Shown: positions 44,645 through 55,637, counted from the stretch's first letter. The stretch is DNA of 64,000 bases from Clostridia bacterium (GCA_017504945.1 JAFVQJ010000013.1:14414-78413); one strand, 5' to 3'. Numbers and translations are program-made. The notes: generated by a model from the letters alone, not told the origin.

Positions 44645-45931
44645 ATGGAATATCTTGCCGTTATACTTTCGGCTCTTGCCTGCCTTTTGTCTGCCGCGGC
44701 GCTTGTTGCGGTGCTTACCAAAAAGCAAAAGAGCAACGCCGATGAGATAAAAAGAATAGTGAGCGAGCAGTCAAGAGCAGACGGCGAAGCGCTCGACAGC
44801 AAGCTCAAATACATACTCACCGCGCAGGGTGAGGCAAACCGCACCTTAAGCGAAAATCAAAGCGCCTCGATGGAAACTCTTCGTAAGACCGTTTCCGATC
44901 TTTCCAACTCGATGGAGGGCAGATTCAAGACCTTTTCCGAATCGAACGAAAAGAGTCTTAACGCCATTAAGGAAAATACCGAAAAAAGCATTGACGGTAT
45001 GAAAAAGGAAAACGAGGCAAAGTTAAACGAAATAAAGATAGTTGTTGACGAAAAGCTTCAAAAGACTTTAAACGAGCGCTTTGCGCAGTCCTTTAACACC
45101 GTTTCCGAAAGACTTGAGGCGGTGCAGAAGGGGCTTGGCGAGATGCAGTCGCTCGCTTCAAACGTGGGCGACCTCAAAAACGCTCTTTTAAACGTAAAAA
45201 CGAGCGGAAATATGGGCGAGATACAGCTTGAGAGCATTCTCACCGAAATACTCCCCCAAAAGCTTTGGGAAAAGCAGTTTGCGGTAAGCAAGGGCAGTCT
45301 TGACCGCGTCGACTTCGTTATCAAGCTCCCCGGAAGCGCAAACGTTCCCGTTTATCTTCCCATCGACTCCAAGTTCCCCGTTATAACCTATAACAGTCTT
45401 CTTGCCGCCTACGAAACGGGCGACAAGGCGGCTGTCGACGCCGCTCGCAAGGAGCTTGCAAGAGCGCTCAAGGCGCAGGCTAAATCAATAAAGGAAAAAT
45501 ATATAGAGCCTCCCGTTACCACCGATTTTGCAATCATGTTCCTCCCCTCCGAGGGGCTTTATGCCGAGGCGGCAAAGAGCGAGCTTATAGAAACGCTTAT
45601 GCACGATTATAAAATAAACGTCTGCGGTCCCTCTACCGTTGCCGCGCTTCTTAACAGCTTGCAGATGGGATTCAGCACACTTGAGATACAGAAGCGCTCA
45701 AGTGAGGTGTGGGGCATTCTCGGCGCCGTCAAAACGGAGTTTGACAAATTCGGCGGTCTTCTTGAAAAAACGCAGAAAAAGCTTGACGACGCAAGCAAGG
45801 ACCTCGATACTCTTATAGGCACCCGTTCAAGAATGATACGTTCAAAGTTGAGGGGCGTTTCTGCGCTTGACGAGGGCGAATCGAAAAGGTTGCTTGACAT
45901 CACGCCCGACAGCGACGTAGAGGAAGAATAA
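44645..45931 (+). CDS. rmuC: DNA recombination protein RmuC
   Basis: It has an N-terminal TM helix, a long coiled-coil and a RmuC-like C-terminal nuclease-fold region (VDFVIKLP .. LPIDSKFP). The start at MEYLAV has a GAGGAG RBS. Confidence 0.85.
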   Translation: MEYLAVILSALACLLSAAALVAVLTKKQKSNADEIKRIVSEQSRADGEALDSKLKYILTAQGEANRTLSENQSASMETLRKTVSDLSNSMEGRFKTFSESNEKSLNAIKENTEKSIDGMKKENEAKLNEIKIVVDEKLQKTLNERFAQSFNTVSERLEAVQKGLGEMQSLASNVGDLKNALLNVKTSGNMGEIQLESILTEILPQKLWEKQFAVSKGSLDRVDFVIKLPGSANVPVYLPIDSKFPVITYNSLLAAYETGDKAAVDAARKELARALKAQAKSIKEKYIEPPVTTDFAIMFLPSEGLYAEAAKSELIETLMHDYKINVCGPSTVAALLNSLQMGFSTLEIQKRSSEVWGILGAVKTEFDKFGGLLEKTQKKLDDASKDLDTLIGTRSRMIRSKLRGVSALDEGESKRLLDITPDSDVEEE

Positions 45932-45959
45932 TACCCGATATAACGAAAGGCAAGGCGCT

Positions 45960-47081
45960 ATGAAGAAATTTCTTCAAAATTTCATACGTCCGCTCGACCT
46001 GCCGCTTCTTTTTGCGGCGGCGGCTGCCTCTGTCTTTGGAATTATGCTTGTTATTTCGGCGGTGCATAATCCGCCGGCGGGCGTTTCTCCGAGCCGTCTT
46101 GTGCTGGTGCAGATACTCGCCGCGGTGTTGGGTCTTGCCTTTACCTTTCTTCTCTCTTATATAGACTACCACTTTTTCGAGCCTATATCGAAATTTTGCG
46201 TTCCGATAGCGGTCGTTGCACTTGCGGCAATAGGTCTTTTTGCTCCCGAGATCGCGGGCAACAACAGCTGGCTCGTCATCTTCGGAGTTTCCGTTCAGCC
46301 CTCGGAATTTATAAAGCTCGTTTATATCGTAACGCTTGCCGCTCATATGAGCAAGCTCGGCGACGAGATAAACAAGCCCAAAAACCTCTTTTTCCTATTT
46401 TTGCACGCGGGCGCCTACATTGCGGGCGTGCTTATACAGAAGGATATGGGCATGGCGACCATCTACGCTCTTATTTTCATTATAATGCTTATAATTTCGG
46501 GATTTAAGATAAAATATCTCTTTATGTGCGCCGTTCCCGTTATAGCATCCATTCCGTTTATTTGGAATTTCGTTTTGAAGGACAGACAGCGCTTCCGTAT
46601 CCTCACGATGTTCAATCCCGAGCTCGACCCCTTGGGCTACGGATATCAGGTAATACGCTCGAAGATCGCCTTGGGAAGCGGAAAATTTTTGGGCGCGGGC
46701 TATATGCAGGGCGTTATGACTCAGACCAACGCTCTCCCCGCAAAGCACACCGACTTTATCTTCTCGGTCTGCGGCGAGGAGTTTGGCTTCGTCGGCTGTC
46801 TTGCCGTCATCTCTCTTCTTTTGTTTATCGTTGCGAGAATATTCAACAACGCGAAAAAAAGCACCGACAGCTTCGGAAAAACTATACTCGTAGGCGTTTC
46901 CGCGATGTTTTTGGTGCAGGTTATAATAAATATCGGTATGTGTGTGGGACTCACTCCCGTTATCGGTATTACTCTTCCCTTCTTCTCTGCGGGAGGCTCC
47001 TCGATGCTTGCGGTATGGCTTGCAATAGGGCTCGTTATGTCTGTTTTGAGGCACCGCAAGAAAAACTGGCAGGAGGCTTAA
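45960..47081 (+). CDS. SEDS-family peptidoglycan polymerase (FtsW/RodA/SpoVE)
   Basis: About 10 TM helices with SEDS motifs (QPSEFIKL, HTDFIFSVCGEEFGF, LPFFSAGGSS). Confidence 0.85.
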   Translation: MKKFLQNFIRPLDLPLLFAAAAASVFGIMLVISAVHNPPAGVSPSRLVLVQILAAVLGLAFTFLLSYIDYHFFEPISKFCVPIAVVALAAIGLFAPEIAGNNSWLVIFGVSVQPSEFIKLVYIVTLAAHMSKLGDEINKPKNLFFLFLHAGAYIAGVLIQKDMGMATIYALIFIIMLIISGFKIKYLFMCAVPVIASIPFIWNFVLKDRQRFRILTMFNPELDPLGYGYQVIRSKIALGSGKFLGAGYMQGVMTQTNALPAKHTDFIFSVCGEEFGFVGCLAVISLLLFIVARIFNNAKKSTDSFGKTILVGVSAMFLVQVIINIGMCVGLTPVIGITLPFFSAGGSSMLAVWLAIGLVMSVLRHRKKNWQEA

Positions 47082-47098
47082 GTGATAAAGGAGCTTTT

Positions 47099-47872
47099 AT
47101 GAGAATATTATTTATTGCCGACGTTGTCGGCAGATGCGGTGTCGAGCTTTTGAAAAGCCGTTTGCCGAGTCTTAAGCGCAAATACGGTGCCGATCTCACG
47201 GTGGTAAACGGCGAAAACTCCGCCCCCGGCAACGGCATTACCGAATACGAGGCAAACGCGCTTTTTGCCGCGGGCGCCGACGTGATAAGCGGCGGAAACC
47301 ACTCTTTTGACAGAGGCGACCGCGAGCTTTTTGAAAATCCGTATATTTTGCGTCCGTTAAACTGGAACACCGACAGCGGTCACGGCAGCGTCGTCTACGA
47401 TGCGGTGAAATTTAAAGTGGGCATAATCTCCGTTTCGGGCGCGGTGAATATGATGGCAAAATGCGAAAATCCCTTCATTTTAGCAAAAAACGAAGCTTTA
47501 AGGCTCAAAAGTGAGGCAGACACCGTCATAGTCGACTTTCACGCAGAGGCATCGAGTGAGAAAAGAGCAATGGGATTTTGGCTCGACGGCATTGCAACGG
47601 CTGTCATCGGCACTCACACCCATTGCCAGACCAACGACGCCGAGATACTTGAGAATGGCACGGCATTTATATCTGACGCCGGCTTTTGCGGCTCGTTAAA
47701 AAGCGTTTTGGGAGTAAGACCCAACGAGGTGCTTGACCGCTTTGCAAACGGCGGAAAGCAAAAGCTCGTTCAGGAGGATATTCCCCCTTATCTTATCAAC
47801 GGTGTCGTCATAGAATGCGAAAAGGGCAAAGCCGTTAAAATTGAAGTAATAAGAGAAATATTTGACAGATAG
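47099..47872 (+). CDS. YmdB-like metallophosphoesterase (TIGR00282 family)
   Basis: MRILFIADVVG .. VNGENSAPGNGIT .. GNHSFD motifs, with an AAGGAG RBS 7 nt upstream. Confidence 0.85.
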   Translation: MRILFIADVVGRCGVELLKSRLPSLKRKYGADLTVVNGENSAPGNGITEYEANALFAAGADVISGGNHSFDRGDRELFENPYILRPLNWNTDSGHGSVVYDAVKFKVGIISVSGAVNMMAKCENPFILAKNEALRLKSEADTVIVDFHAEASSEKRAMGFWLDGIATAVIGTHTHCQTNDAEILENGTAFISDAGFCGSLKSVLGVRPNEVLDRFANGGKQKLVQEDIPPYLINGVVIECEKGKAVKIEVIREIFDR

Positions 47873-47882
47873 GAGCTTGGTT

Positions 47883-48716
47883 ATGGAACTTTTAAAGGCA
47901 ATAATTTTAGGTATAATACAGGGACTTGCGGAATTTCTTCCCATCTCGAGCTCGGGACATCTCGTGCTTGCACAGCAGATATTCGGTCTTTCCTACAACG
48001 AGGCGGAAAACCTCGCGTTTGACGTCTTTTTGCACTTTGGCACTCTCGTTGCCGTAATTATAGTTTTCAGAGCAACCGTTTGGGGTCTTATAAAGGCGTT
48101 TTTCTCGTCGGTCAAAAAAATATTTACGGGCAAATACTGCTGGAAAACGGCGGAAAAATATGAGAAAATGCTCGTTTTCGTTATAATTTCGATGATCCCC
48201 CTCTTCTTCGTTCTTCTTGTAAAGGATAAGGTCGAGGCGCTCTTTTCAAGCACCCTTGCCGTAGGTCTTTTACTGATTCTCACATCGGGTCTGCTAATTC
48301 TCTGCGACCGCTTTTCAAAAGGCAAGATAACCTGCGAAAACGCCAAGCTCCGCCATCCGCTCATAGTAGGTCTTTTTCAGGCGGTTGCCACTCTTCCCGG
48401 AATATCGCGCTCGGGCGCTACCATAACGGGCGGTCTGCTTTGCGGATTCGATAAGGCGTTTGCCGTTGAGTTTGCCTTCGTTATGTCCATTCCCGCGGTG
48501 CTCGGCGCAAATTTGCTCACGATTCTCGACGTTATCGAGGTGGGCATGGAAACGCCCGTTATCTACTGCATTCTCGGCGCGGCTGTTTCTGCCGTCGTCG
48601 GCGTTTTGGCGATTTGGATGGTAAAGCTCATTTCGGAGAAAAACAAATTCTTCATCTTCTCGATATACTGCGCGGCAGTCGGCATCTTTGCGGTGCTGTG
48701 GTCGCTCCTCAGATAA
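47883..48716 (+). CDS. uppP: undecaprenyl-diphosphate phosphatase
   Basis: It has the BacA motifs GLAEFLPISSSGH and PGISRSGATI. The start at MELLKA has an AGGAG RBS. Confidence 0.9.
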   Translation: MELLKAIILGIIQGLAEFLPISSSGHLVLAQQIFGLSYNEAENLAFDVFLHFGTLVAVIIVFRATVWGLIKAFFSSVKKIFTGKYCWKTAEKYEKMLVFVIISMIPLFFVLLVKDKVEALFSSTLAVGLLLILTSGLLILCDRFSKGKITCENAKLRHPLIVGLFQAVATLPGISRSGATITGGLLCGFDKAFAVEFAFVMSIPAVLGANLLTILDVIEVGMETPVIYCILGAAVSAVVGVLAIWMVKLISEKNKFFIFSIYCAAVGIFAVLWSLLR

Positions 48717-48755
48717 AAAGTTTAAAAGCTCCTTCGTTGAAAGTCAGGTGTTAAT

Positions 48756-51167
48756 ATGGCAAAAGCCAAAAAAACAAGCAAGAAAAAGAACAACGTAAAA
48801 AGCAAAGCGGCGGAGGCTCCCAAAAAGAATTGGGGCTCGCAGATACTCGGCATTTCCCTCTTTTTCCTCGCGGTTGCATTCGTTATCGCGCTGTTTTTCA
48901 ATATCGGCGCGGCAGGCGCGTGGATAAAATCGGTGCTTTTGGGACTGTTTGGATTTTCCGCCTATCTCCTTCCGATAATCATGGTGGTGAGCGGCGTTTA
49001 CGCGGTATTTCCCAAAACGTCGCGCAGAGCAATAAAGCTCGTTTGCGGCGCAATTATGTTCGTTGCTCTTTGTTCCGTCTTTGCTCTTTTTTCAAGGGAC
49101 GGCATCGATGCCTCAAGCGTTACCTCGCTTCTTACCACCCTCTACACCACCTCTAACGAAACGCTCCTTTCGGGCGGCGTTATAGGCGGATTATTGGGAT
49201 ATCCGCTCTCGAGCGGCATAGGCGTCGTGCTTTCGGCGCTTATATTCGCTTTCGTCTTTGTGGTTTCGCTCGTCCTCTACTTCGATATATCGGTTGCCGC
49301 TATAATTTCGAAGATATGGGATAAAATAAAGGCAAAAAGGGCGGCGAAAAAGGAAGCGGCAAAGGAGACTTCTCAAGCGCAGGCAGAGGAAAAGCCCAAA
49401 AAGAAGAATATGCCCTTTGACGAGAGTACCGTCAATATCGATATCCCCATCGACGACGAGCCCGAGAAAAAGCCGCTCTTTAAAAAGAAAAAGAGAAGCG
49501 CTATCGACATTCCTCTCTCGGATGAGGAAAGACCTCCCTTCGAGCCCGACGGCTTTGATATAAGCGATAATTCTCGCGTTGCTCCCGAGGATACGGAGCG
49601 CGTTACCGTTACCGCCGAGGAGAAGGCGGAGATGATAAAGGAGATAGAGGCAAAGGCAAAGCTTGAAAAGCCCGCCGAAAAGCCCTACCGCTTTCCTCCC
49701 ATCACCCTTCTTACCAAGGGCAACGCCGATAATACCGACGCCACCGCAGAAATGCGCCAGATGGCCGACAAAATAGTTTCAACTCTTGCCTCGTTTGGCG
49801 TTGAAACGAGAATAACCAACGTTTCGAGAGGTCCCTCGATAACGAGATTCGAGCTCGTTCCCGGTATGGGCGTTAAGATAAGCAAGATAGCAAACCTTTC
49901 AAACGACCTTGCTCTCGCGCTTGCCGCAAGCCGTGTAAGAATAGAGGCTCCCATTCCGGGCAAGGCGGCTATCGGCATCGAGGTACCCAACAAGAGCAAG
50001 ACCACCGTTTATATGAGAGAGATACTCTCAAGCCGTGAATTCTCGGAGTCAAAGAGCTTTGTTACCGCGGCGCTCGGCAAGGATATCGGCGGAAGCTCGG
50101 TGGTTATGGATATTGCAAAAATGCCCCACCTTCTCATTGCGGGTGCCACCGGCTCGGGTAAATCGGTCTGCATTAACGCAATTATCGTTTCGCTTATCTA
50201 CAAGGCTTCGCCCGATAAGGTAAAGCTTATTATGATAGATCCCAAAATGGTCGAGCTTTCCGATTACAACGGTATTCCCCACCTTATGATACCCGTTGTT
50301 ACCGATCCCAAAAAGGCGGCGGGCGCTCTTTGCTGGGCAGTTGCCGAAATGCAAAAGCGCTATCAGCTTTTTGCCGATAATTCGGTAAGAGAGATATTCT
50401 CCTATAACGCTCTTGCCGAGACCGACCCCGATTTAGAGCCGCTTCCCCAGATAGTTATAGTTATCGACGAGCTTAACGACCTTATGATGACCGCTCCCAA
50501 GGAGGTCGAGGATTCTATCTGCCGTCTTGCACAGAAGGCAAGAGCCGCAGGTATGTATCTTATCGTTGCTACACAGCGTCCCTCGGCAGACGTTATCACA
50601 GGTCTTATCAAAACGAATATTCCCTCGCGTATTGCCTTTGCGGTTGCAAGCCGAATAGATTCAGGCATCATTCTCGATCAGACGGGCGCCGAAAAGCTTA
50701 TAGGTCAGGGCGATATGCTCTATCACCCCATGGGCTCCGACAAATGCATAAGAGCGCAGGGCTGCTTTATTCCCGATAAGGACATTGCCGCAGTTATCTC
50801 CTTTATTAAGGAAAACGGCACTGCCAACTACGACGACAGCGTTATGCGCGAGATAGAAAAGCAGGTCGAGGAGCGCGAAAAGGGCAAGGGCGACAAGGGC
50901 GGCAGCTCTTCGGGCGATTCCGACCCGATGATAGAGGAAGCTATCGAAATAGCGATCGACGCGCGCACCGTTTCCACCTCGATGCTTCAGCGCCGCTTAA
51001 AGCTCGGCTACGGCAGAGCCGCAAGAATAATCGACGAGATGGAGGAGCGCGGTATAGTAGGTCCTCCCGAGGGCTCGAAGCCCCGTCAGGTGCTTCTCAC
51101 CAAGGCGGAATGGGCAGAGATCCAGATGCGTCAGGCAGACATTGCCGAAATGAATGAAAAAGTTTAA
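48756..51167 (+). CDS. ftsK: DNA translocase FtsK/SpoIIIE
   Basis: It has N-terminal TM helices and a charged linker. Walker A is GATGSGKS and Walker B is [10 protein letters not shown]-terminal gamma winged helix is present ([17 protein letters not shown]). Confidence 0.9.
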   Translation: MAKAKKTSKKKNNVKSKAAEAPKKNWGSQILGISLFFLAVAFVIALFFNIGAAGAWIKSVLLGLFGFSAYLLPIIMVVSGVYAVFPKTSRRAIKLVCGAIMFVALCSVFALFSRDGIDASSVTSLLTTLYTTSNETLLSGGVIGGLLGYPLSSGIGVVLSALIFAFVFVVSLVLYFDISVAAIISKIWDKIKAKRAAKKEAAKETSQAQAEEKPKKKNMPFDESTVNIDIPIDDEPEKKPLFKKKKRSAIDIPLSDEERPPFEPDGFDISDNSRVAPEDTERVTVTAEEKAEMIKEIEAKAKLEKPAEKPYRFPPITLLTKGNADNTDATAEMRQMADKIVSTLASFGVETRITNVSRGPSITRFELVPGMGVKISKIANLSNDLALALAASRVRIEAPIPGKAAIGIEVPNKSKTTVYMREILSSREFSESKSFVTAALGKDIGGSSVVMDIAKMPHLLIAGATGSGKSVCINAIIVSLIYKASPDKVKLIMIDPKMVELSDYNGIPHLMIPVVTDPKKAAGALCWAVAEMQKRYQLFADNSVREIFSYNALAETDPDLEPLPQIVIVIDELNDLMMTAPKEVEDSICRLAQKARAAGMYLIVATQRPSADVITGLIKTNIPSRIAFAVASRIDSGIILDQTGAEKLIGQGDMLYHPMGSDKCIRAQGCFIPDKDIAAVISFIKENGTANYDDSVMREIEKQVEEREKGKGDKGGSSSGDSDPMIEEAIEIAIDARTVSTSMLQRRLKLGYGRAARIIDEMEERGIVGPPEGSKPRQVLLTKAEWAEIQMRQADIAEMNEKV

Positions 51168-51190
51168 TATTTTAAAAAGGATATGATAAA

Positions 51191-52012
51191 ATGAGCGAAT
51201 GTACACACAACTGCGAGACCTGCAGCTCAAACTGCTCCTCTCGCGAAAAGGAAAGCCTTATTGAAAAGCCTCATCAGCTTTCACAGATCAAAAAGGTCAT
51301 CGGTGTAGTCAGCGGCAAGGGCGGCGTAGGTAAATCTATGGTTTCCTCGCTTCTTGCTGTAACCATGCAGCGCCGCGGTCTTTCAACCGCGATACTCGAC
51401 GCCGACGTTACCGGTCCCTCTATTCCCAAAATGTTCGGTGTTAAGGAAAAAGCAGAGGCCGACGCCACCGGAATCTATGCGGGAAGAAGCAAGACCGGCA
51501 TTAAGATGATGTCTGTAAATATGCTTCTTGAGGACGATACCGACCCCGTCGTATGGAGAGGTCCCGTTATTGCGGGTGCCGTTAAGCAGTTCTGGACCGA
51601 CGTTATCTGGGAAGACGTTGACTGTATGTTTATCGATATGCCTCCCGGAACGGGCGACGTTCCCCTTACCGTTTTCCAGTCTATTCCCGTCGACGCCATC
51701 GTTATAGTCACCTCACCCGCAGAGCTCGTTGAGATGATAGTTTCAAAGGCGGTCAAAATGGCTCGCCTTATGAATATTCCCGTTTTGGCACTCGTTGAGA
51801 ATATGAGCTATTTCAAATGTCCCGACTGCGATAAGGAGTACGATATCTTCGGAAAATCGAAGGTGGAGGCTACCGCCGCATCGTTTGGCATTGAAAACTG
51901 CGCGAGAATGCCCATCGATCCCCGTCTTGCCGCCGCGGCAGACAGAGGTGCCGTTGAGCTCTTTGAGGGCGATTGGCTCGAATCGGTTGCCGACGCCATC
52001 GAAAAGGTTTAA
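51191..52012 (+). CDS. Mrp/NBP35-family Fe-S cluster carrier ATPase (ApbC-like)
   Basis: It has the deviant Walker A SGKGGVGKS and a CPDC motif (FKCPDCDKEY). Confidence 0.85.
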   Translation: MSECTHNCETCSSNCSSREKESLIEKPHQLSQIKKVIGVVSGKGGVGKSMVSSLLAVTMQRRGLSTAILDADVTGPSIPKMFGVKEKAEADATGIYAGRSKTGIKMMSVNMLLEDDTDPVVWRGPVIAGAVKQFWTDVIWEDVDCMFIDMPPGTGDVPLTVFQSIPVDAIVIVTSPAELVEMIVSKAVKMARLMNIPVLALVENMSYFKCPDCDKEYDIFGKSKVEATAASFGIENCARMPIDPRLAAAADRGAVELFEGDWLESVADAIEKV

Positions 52013-52023
52013 AGAAATTTGAT

Positions 52024-52056
52024 AAAAGCCGCAAGATTTGCGGCTTTTATTTTTTT
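52024..52056 (+). terminator. intrinsic terminator
   Basis: AAAAGCCGCAA-GAT-TTGCGGCTTTT followed by a T-run. Confidence 0.85.
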
Positions 52057-52084
52057 GAAAATATTATGAAACTCTATATTTTTA

Positions 52085-52113
52085 TTGCAAACGTCCGCTT
52101 TTTCTGTTAAAAT
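52085..52113 (+). promoter_or_regulatory. sigma-A type promoter
   Basis: TTGCAA-17 nt-TAAAAT. Confidence 0.55.
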
Positions 52114-52143
52114 AATAATAGCAATTTATTAGGTGGTCTTAAT

Positions 52144-54939
52144 ATGAAGCATTTTAAAAGATTATTTGCATATCTGCTCTCGGCTGTTATGGTCCTTACC
52201 CTATTTTCTTCCTTTTCGGTATTGGCTGTTACCGCGGAGAGCGTTACCTATTCCGTTTACGACGGCGAGGGCGCGCTTATCTACGGCGACGATTTCCGTT
52301 TGAACGGCGCGGGCAGCTATAATCTTTTCGTTTCAAAGGATGCCGCAAAGATAATCCTTTCCGCCACCACCAAGGAAAACGAGCTTCCCGTATATACCGA
52401 GGGAGCAAGCGAGTTTGCCTTTGAAAACGATATTGCATCGGTTAAATTCACCGTTTCCGATGAGGAATATCTTCTCAAATTCATAAAGGAAAACGATGCA
52501 AACGCAATAGTTGAAAATATTTCGGTAAACGTCTTTGACAAGGAAGATAACGGCTCTCTTCTCGGCTTTGAATTTGACCCTTATTTCTTTAACGATAATC
52601 TCGTTTTACCCGAAAACGCCGCTTCCCTCTCCTTTGATATCACCTCGAAGGAGGGCGCCGACATCAAAATAAACGGAAGCGCGCCGCGTGAAAGATATTC
52701 TCTCACTCCCTTTGGCGATGAATTTGAAATTACCGCCACGCTCGGCGATATAACCTATAAATACCTCTATACCGTTGAAGGAGGAGAGGTCTGCTCCTTC
52801 ATCATTTACGGCGACGAGGGCAAGACCAACTTTCAAGAGGGCTTTTCGCTTTACTGCGGAAAGGACAACTACACCGTTCTCCTTCCCAACGAAGGAAGCT
52901 ACGCCTTTGCAGACGTAGAGGGCTGCACCTTCTATAAAAGCGGAACCGACGAGCTTTTGGGCTCCGATCCCTTTACTCTTACCTCCGGTATGAGCCTCGA
53001 CGCAAGGTCGGAAAGCGGACGTCTGCTCTTCACCCTCACTCTCGTTACCGATAACGCCGACCATACACCCGTAGTTTCGGGCGTTTCGGTCCGCGTTATA
53101 ACCGACGGCGCGCCCCTTATGAAGATATACAGCGGAGAGAAGCTCGCGGAAAACAGCTTTAAGGTAAATTATCATCGCGTAGGCAGTTATCTCGCGTTTT
53201 CTCCCGTTTTCAAAGAGGATTTTAACTATAATTTTACCGTTACGATGGGCGGAACGGCTTATCCCGCAAACAGCGGTTTCCCCTTATTTACTGGCGAAGT
53301 TACCGTTACCGTTCTCTACGGTGATCAGAGCTTTGACCTAAGCGTTACTCTTACCGACGAGCCCGAGCCTCCCGTTATAGAGGAGATGGGCTTCAGCTTC
53401 TTCGACGCCGCTGCCAATAAGATAGGCTACGACGCCGTTTCTGTAAAGAGCGGCGAGGAAAATAAGCTTATCTGCACCGTGGGCGCCGACGTTTCCTCGA
53501 TAAAGCTTACCGATATTTTAGAACATTTCTGTGAATCGTACACCGTTGACGGCGAATCGACCGACGTTATTCCGATAGGCAAGGACGTAGTTATAACCGC
53601 GATAAACGGTTCTCTTACAGCAGATTATCATCTTCGCTTCGAGGTTGAATCCGCCCCTTCTCTCTTTAACGGCTTCGTTATTTCACCGCTTGATAAGCTT
53701 CGCAATGAATTGAATTCAGTTATCTACAAAAGCGGAGTTGATTCTTATAAGCTTCACGCCGCCACAGAAAGCGTTTTCGTTGCCGTGTCCGCAAAAACGT
53801 TGGGCAGCACGGTGAAGGTAAACGGCATAGGCGAAATGGCAATGCAGGATACCACCTATATTTTCTACCTTGAAAAAGAGGAGCTCGGCTCCGAGCTCAA
53901 AATCGAGTTTATCAAGGGCGACGAGGCAGTTGAAACTCTTAACTTCGCCATTGAGTATGCAACCGCGGCAGATGCCCCGCTTGACAGCCTAACTCTCCTC
54001 TGCTATGCATCAAACGGCAGCTATATCGGTGAGGTAACCGTAAAAGGCGATAAGAGATTTATTGATCTTCCCGAGAATACCGCCTTTTATATTCCCCGAG
54101 GAGTAAGCCTTAACGGATATCTTGAAATATTCAAAAACGGTCATCTCTTCCCCGTTACCGCAACCGCGAGCTACAAATCAAACGACCTTCTCACCGTTTT
54201 ATCGGTAAAGGACGCCGCCACCGCAGAAAGCTGCGACTTCACCGTTTTTAAAGGAAATTATCTTTCGGGCATTTCGGTAAACGGCACCGAAATTGCCGAT
54301 TTTTCGCCTGAAAAGCTTGAATACACCGTGATTCTCGAGGAGGGCGTTGAGAGCGTTACACTCGCTCCGATATGCGACTTTGAAAACGCCGCCGTCGACT
54401 TTGAAAGCGAGATACAGATCAGCGGAGAAGCGGCTCAGACCACCGTTACCGTTACAAACGGCGACAGCAAAACGGTCTACACCCTGACCTTTAAAAAGGC
54501 TCCCTCCGAGCCCGAGCTTCTTATTTCAAGCTCGCTCATTTTAAACCGCGAAACAGGCTTTATAACCAATCTCACTCCTCTTTCCTCCGTTTCGGAGCTT
54601 TTAACGCTTTTTGAAAACGATCCCGCAAGAATAAAGATATTCAAGGGCACGAGGGAGGTAACCGAAGGCAATATCGCCACCGGTATGAACGTCGTTTTAT
54701 ACGGAGAGGACGGCGCCGAGGCAGACCGTATGACGCTTCTTATCTACGGCGAGATAACGGGCGACGGAAGAATAAACACCTCCGATATTCTCCAGATAAT
54801 ACTTCATAACAGCAACTCGCATCTGTCAGGCGAAAAGCTTCAAGCGGCAGACATAAACGGAGATAATCGAATAAACTCCTCCGATATTCTCCGAATAATC
54901 CTTTTCAATAACGGCACCGCGATAAAGCAAAACAGATAA
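52144..54939 (+). CDS. secreted multi-repeat protein with cadherin-like beta-sandwich domain(s) and C-terminal type I dockerin
   Basis: It has a signal peptide and a cadherin-like module (LSGISVNGTEIADFSPEKLEYTV .. TVYTLTFKK). The duplicated dockerin calcium loops are GDGRINTSDIL and DINGDNRINSSDIL. Confidence 0.8.
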   Translation: MKHFKRLFAYLLSAVMVLTLFSSFSVLAVTAESVTYSVYDGEGALIYGDDFRLNGAGSYNLFVSKDAAKIILSATTKENELPVYTEGASEFAFENDIASVKFTVSDEEYLLKFIKENDANAIVENISVNVFDKEDNGSLLGFEFDPYFFNDNLVLPENAASLSFDITSKEGADIKINGSAPRERYSLTPFGDEFEITATLGDITYKYLYTVEGGEVCSFIIYGDEGKTNFQEGFSLYCGKDNYTVLLPNEGSYAFADVEGCTFYKSGTDELLGSDPFTLTSGMSLDARSESGRLLFTLTLVTDNADHTPVVSGVSVRVITDGAPLMKIYSGEKLAENSFKVNYHRVGSYLAFSPVFKEDFNYNFTVTMGGTAYPANSGFPLFTGEVTVTVLYGDQSFDLSVTLTDEPEPPVIEEMGFSFFDAAANKIGYDAVSVKSGEENKLICTVGADVSSIKLTDILEHFCESYTVDGESTDVIPIGKDVVITAINGSLTADYHLRFEVESAPSLFNGFVISPLDKLRNELNSVIYKSGVDSYKLHAATESVFVAVSAKTLGSTVKVNGIGEMAMQDTTYIFYLEKEELGSELKIEFIKGDEAVETLNFAIEYATAADAPLDSLTLLCYASNGSYIGEVTVKGDKRFIDLPENTAFYIPRGVSLNGYLEIFKNGHLFPVTATASYKSNDLLTVLSVKDAATAESCDFTVFKGNYLSGISVNGTEIADFSPEKLEYTVILEEGVESVTLAPICDFENAAVDFESEIQISGEAAQTTVTVTNGDSKTVYTLTFKKAPSEPELLISSSLILNRETGFITNLTPLSSVSELLTLFENDPARIKIFKGTREVTEGNIATGMNVVLYGEDGAEADRMTLLIYGEITGDGRINTSDILQIILHNSNSHLSGEKLQAADINGDNRINSSDILRIILFNNGTAIKQNR

Positions 54940-54940
54940 C

Positions 54941-54984
54941 AAAAGATCCCTTTGCAGAAGCTGCAAAGGGATCTTTATTTTTTA
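54941..54984. terminator. bidirectional intrinsic terminator
   Basis: 13-bp stem GATCCCTTTGCAG/CTGCAAAGGGATC. Confidence 0.85.
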
Positions 54985-54986
54985 TT

Positions 54987-55637
54987 TTAGCCTTTTATAT
55001 TGTAGTCACCGTTTATGAGGTTCATAGCCTTCATAAATTTGTGAAGATAAATAAAGGGGCCTACCAAAATAAGAGAGCCGAGAACGTTCCAGAGCCAGAA
55101 ATGAGCCGCGCTGAATTTGTAGTCTATTCCTCTGCGCTTAAGCTCGTCGCCTATACGGTTGCAGAGCTTGTGGATCCATACGATAGGATAAATACCCAAA
55201 GTAAATACCGACAGAATAAACGATACGAGATAGGGAGCGGTCTTTTGACCGTCGTAACGGCTTGCGGCGATGTTTATCTCATCGGCAATTCTGCTCATTA
55301 TAACGATATTGTAAATACCGCAGGTGAGGATTCCCAAGAAAAACATTTTGGCAAGTCCTCTTCTTGTTGAAAACTTGAGTGCGGGACCGTAAACAACGGG
55401 TGCGGATGCAGGTGCGGGTGCGGGAGCCGCTACGGGAGCGGGTGCAGGAGCGGGTGCCGCATTCTGATTTCCGCCGCACTCGGCGCAAAATGCCGCCGTT
55501 GCCGCGATCTTTTTGCCGCAGTATTTGCAGAATTTGGTTTCGGGTGCAGCTTCCGCTACGGGTTCTGCAATAGGTGCTGCCTCGGGCTGTGCTGCTTCTT
55601 CCGTCTGTTCGATAACAGCTTCTTTATTTTCGTCCAT
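54987..55637 (-). CDS. zinc-ribbon + DUF4234-like membrane protein
   Basis: It has an N-terminal CKYCG..CAECG ribbon and an (AP)n linker. Two TCGIY/TLGIYP repeats typical of DUF4234 are present. Confidence 0.65.
   Translation of the reverse strand: MDENKEAVIEQTEEAAQPEAAPIAEPVAEAAPETKFCKYCGKKIAATAAFCAECGGNQNAAPAPAPAPVAAPAPAPASAPVVYGPALKFSTRRGLAKMFFLGILTCGIYNIVIMSRIADEINIAASRYDGQKTAPYLVSFILSVFTLGIYPIVWIHKLCNRIGDELKRRGIDYKFSAAHFWLWNVLGSLILVGPFIYLHKFMKAMNLINGDYNIKG

Noticed and set aside
46526-47872. 448-aa ORF in the track spanning the 3' half of the SEDS gene and the next gene
   Set aside because: The first about 190 codons are an out-of-frame read through the SEDS coding region. They are Arg/Ser/Cys-rich and give no protein-like sequence. 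The real gene starts at ATG 47099 (MRILFIADVVG) behind an AAGGAG RBS and is a YmdB-like phosphoesterase.
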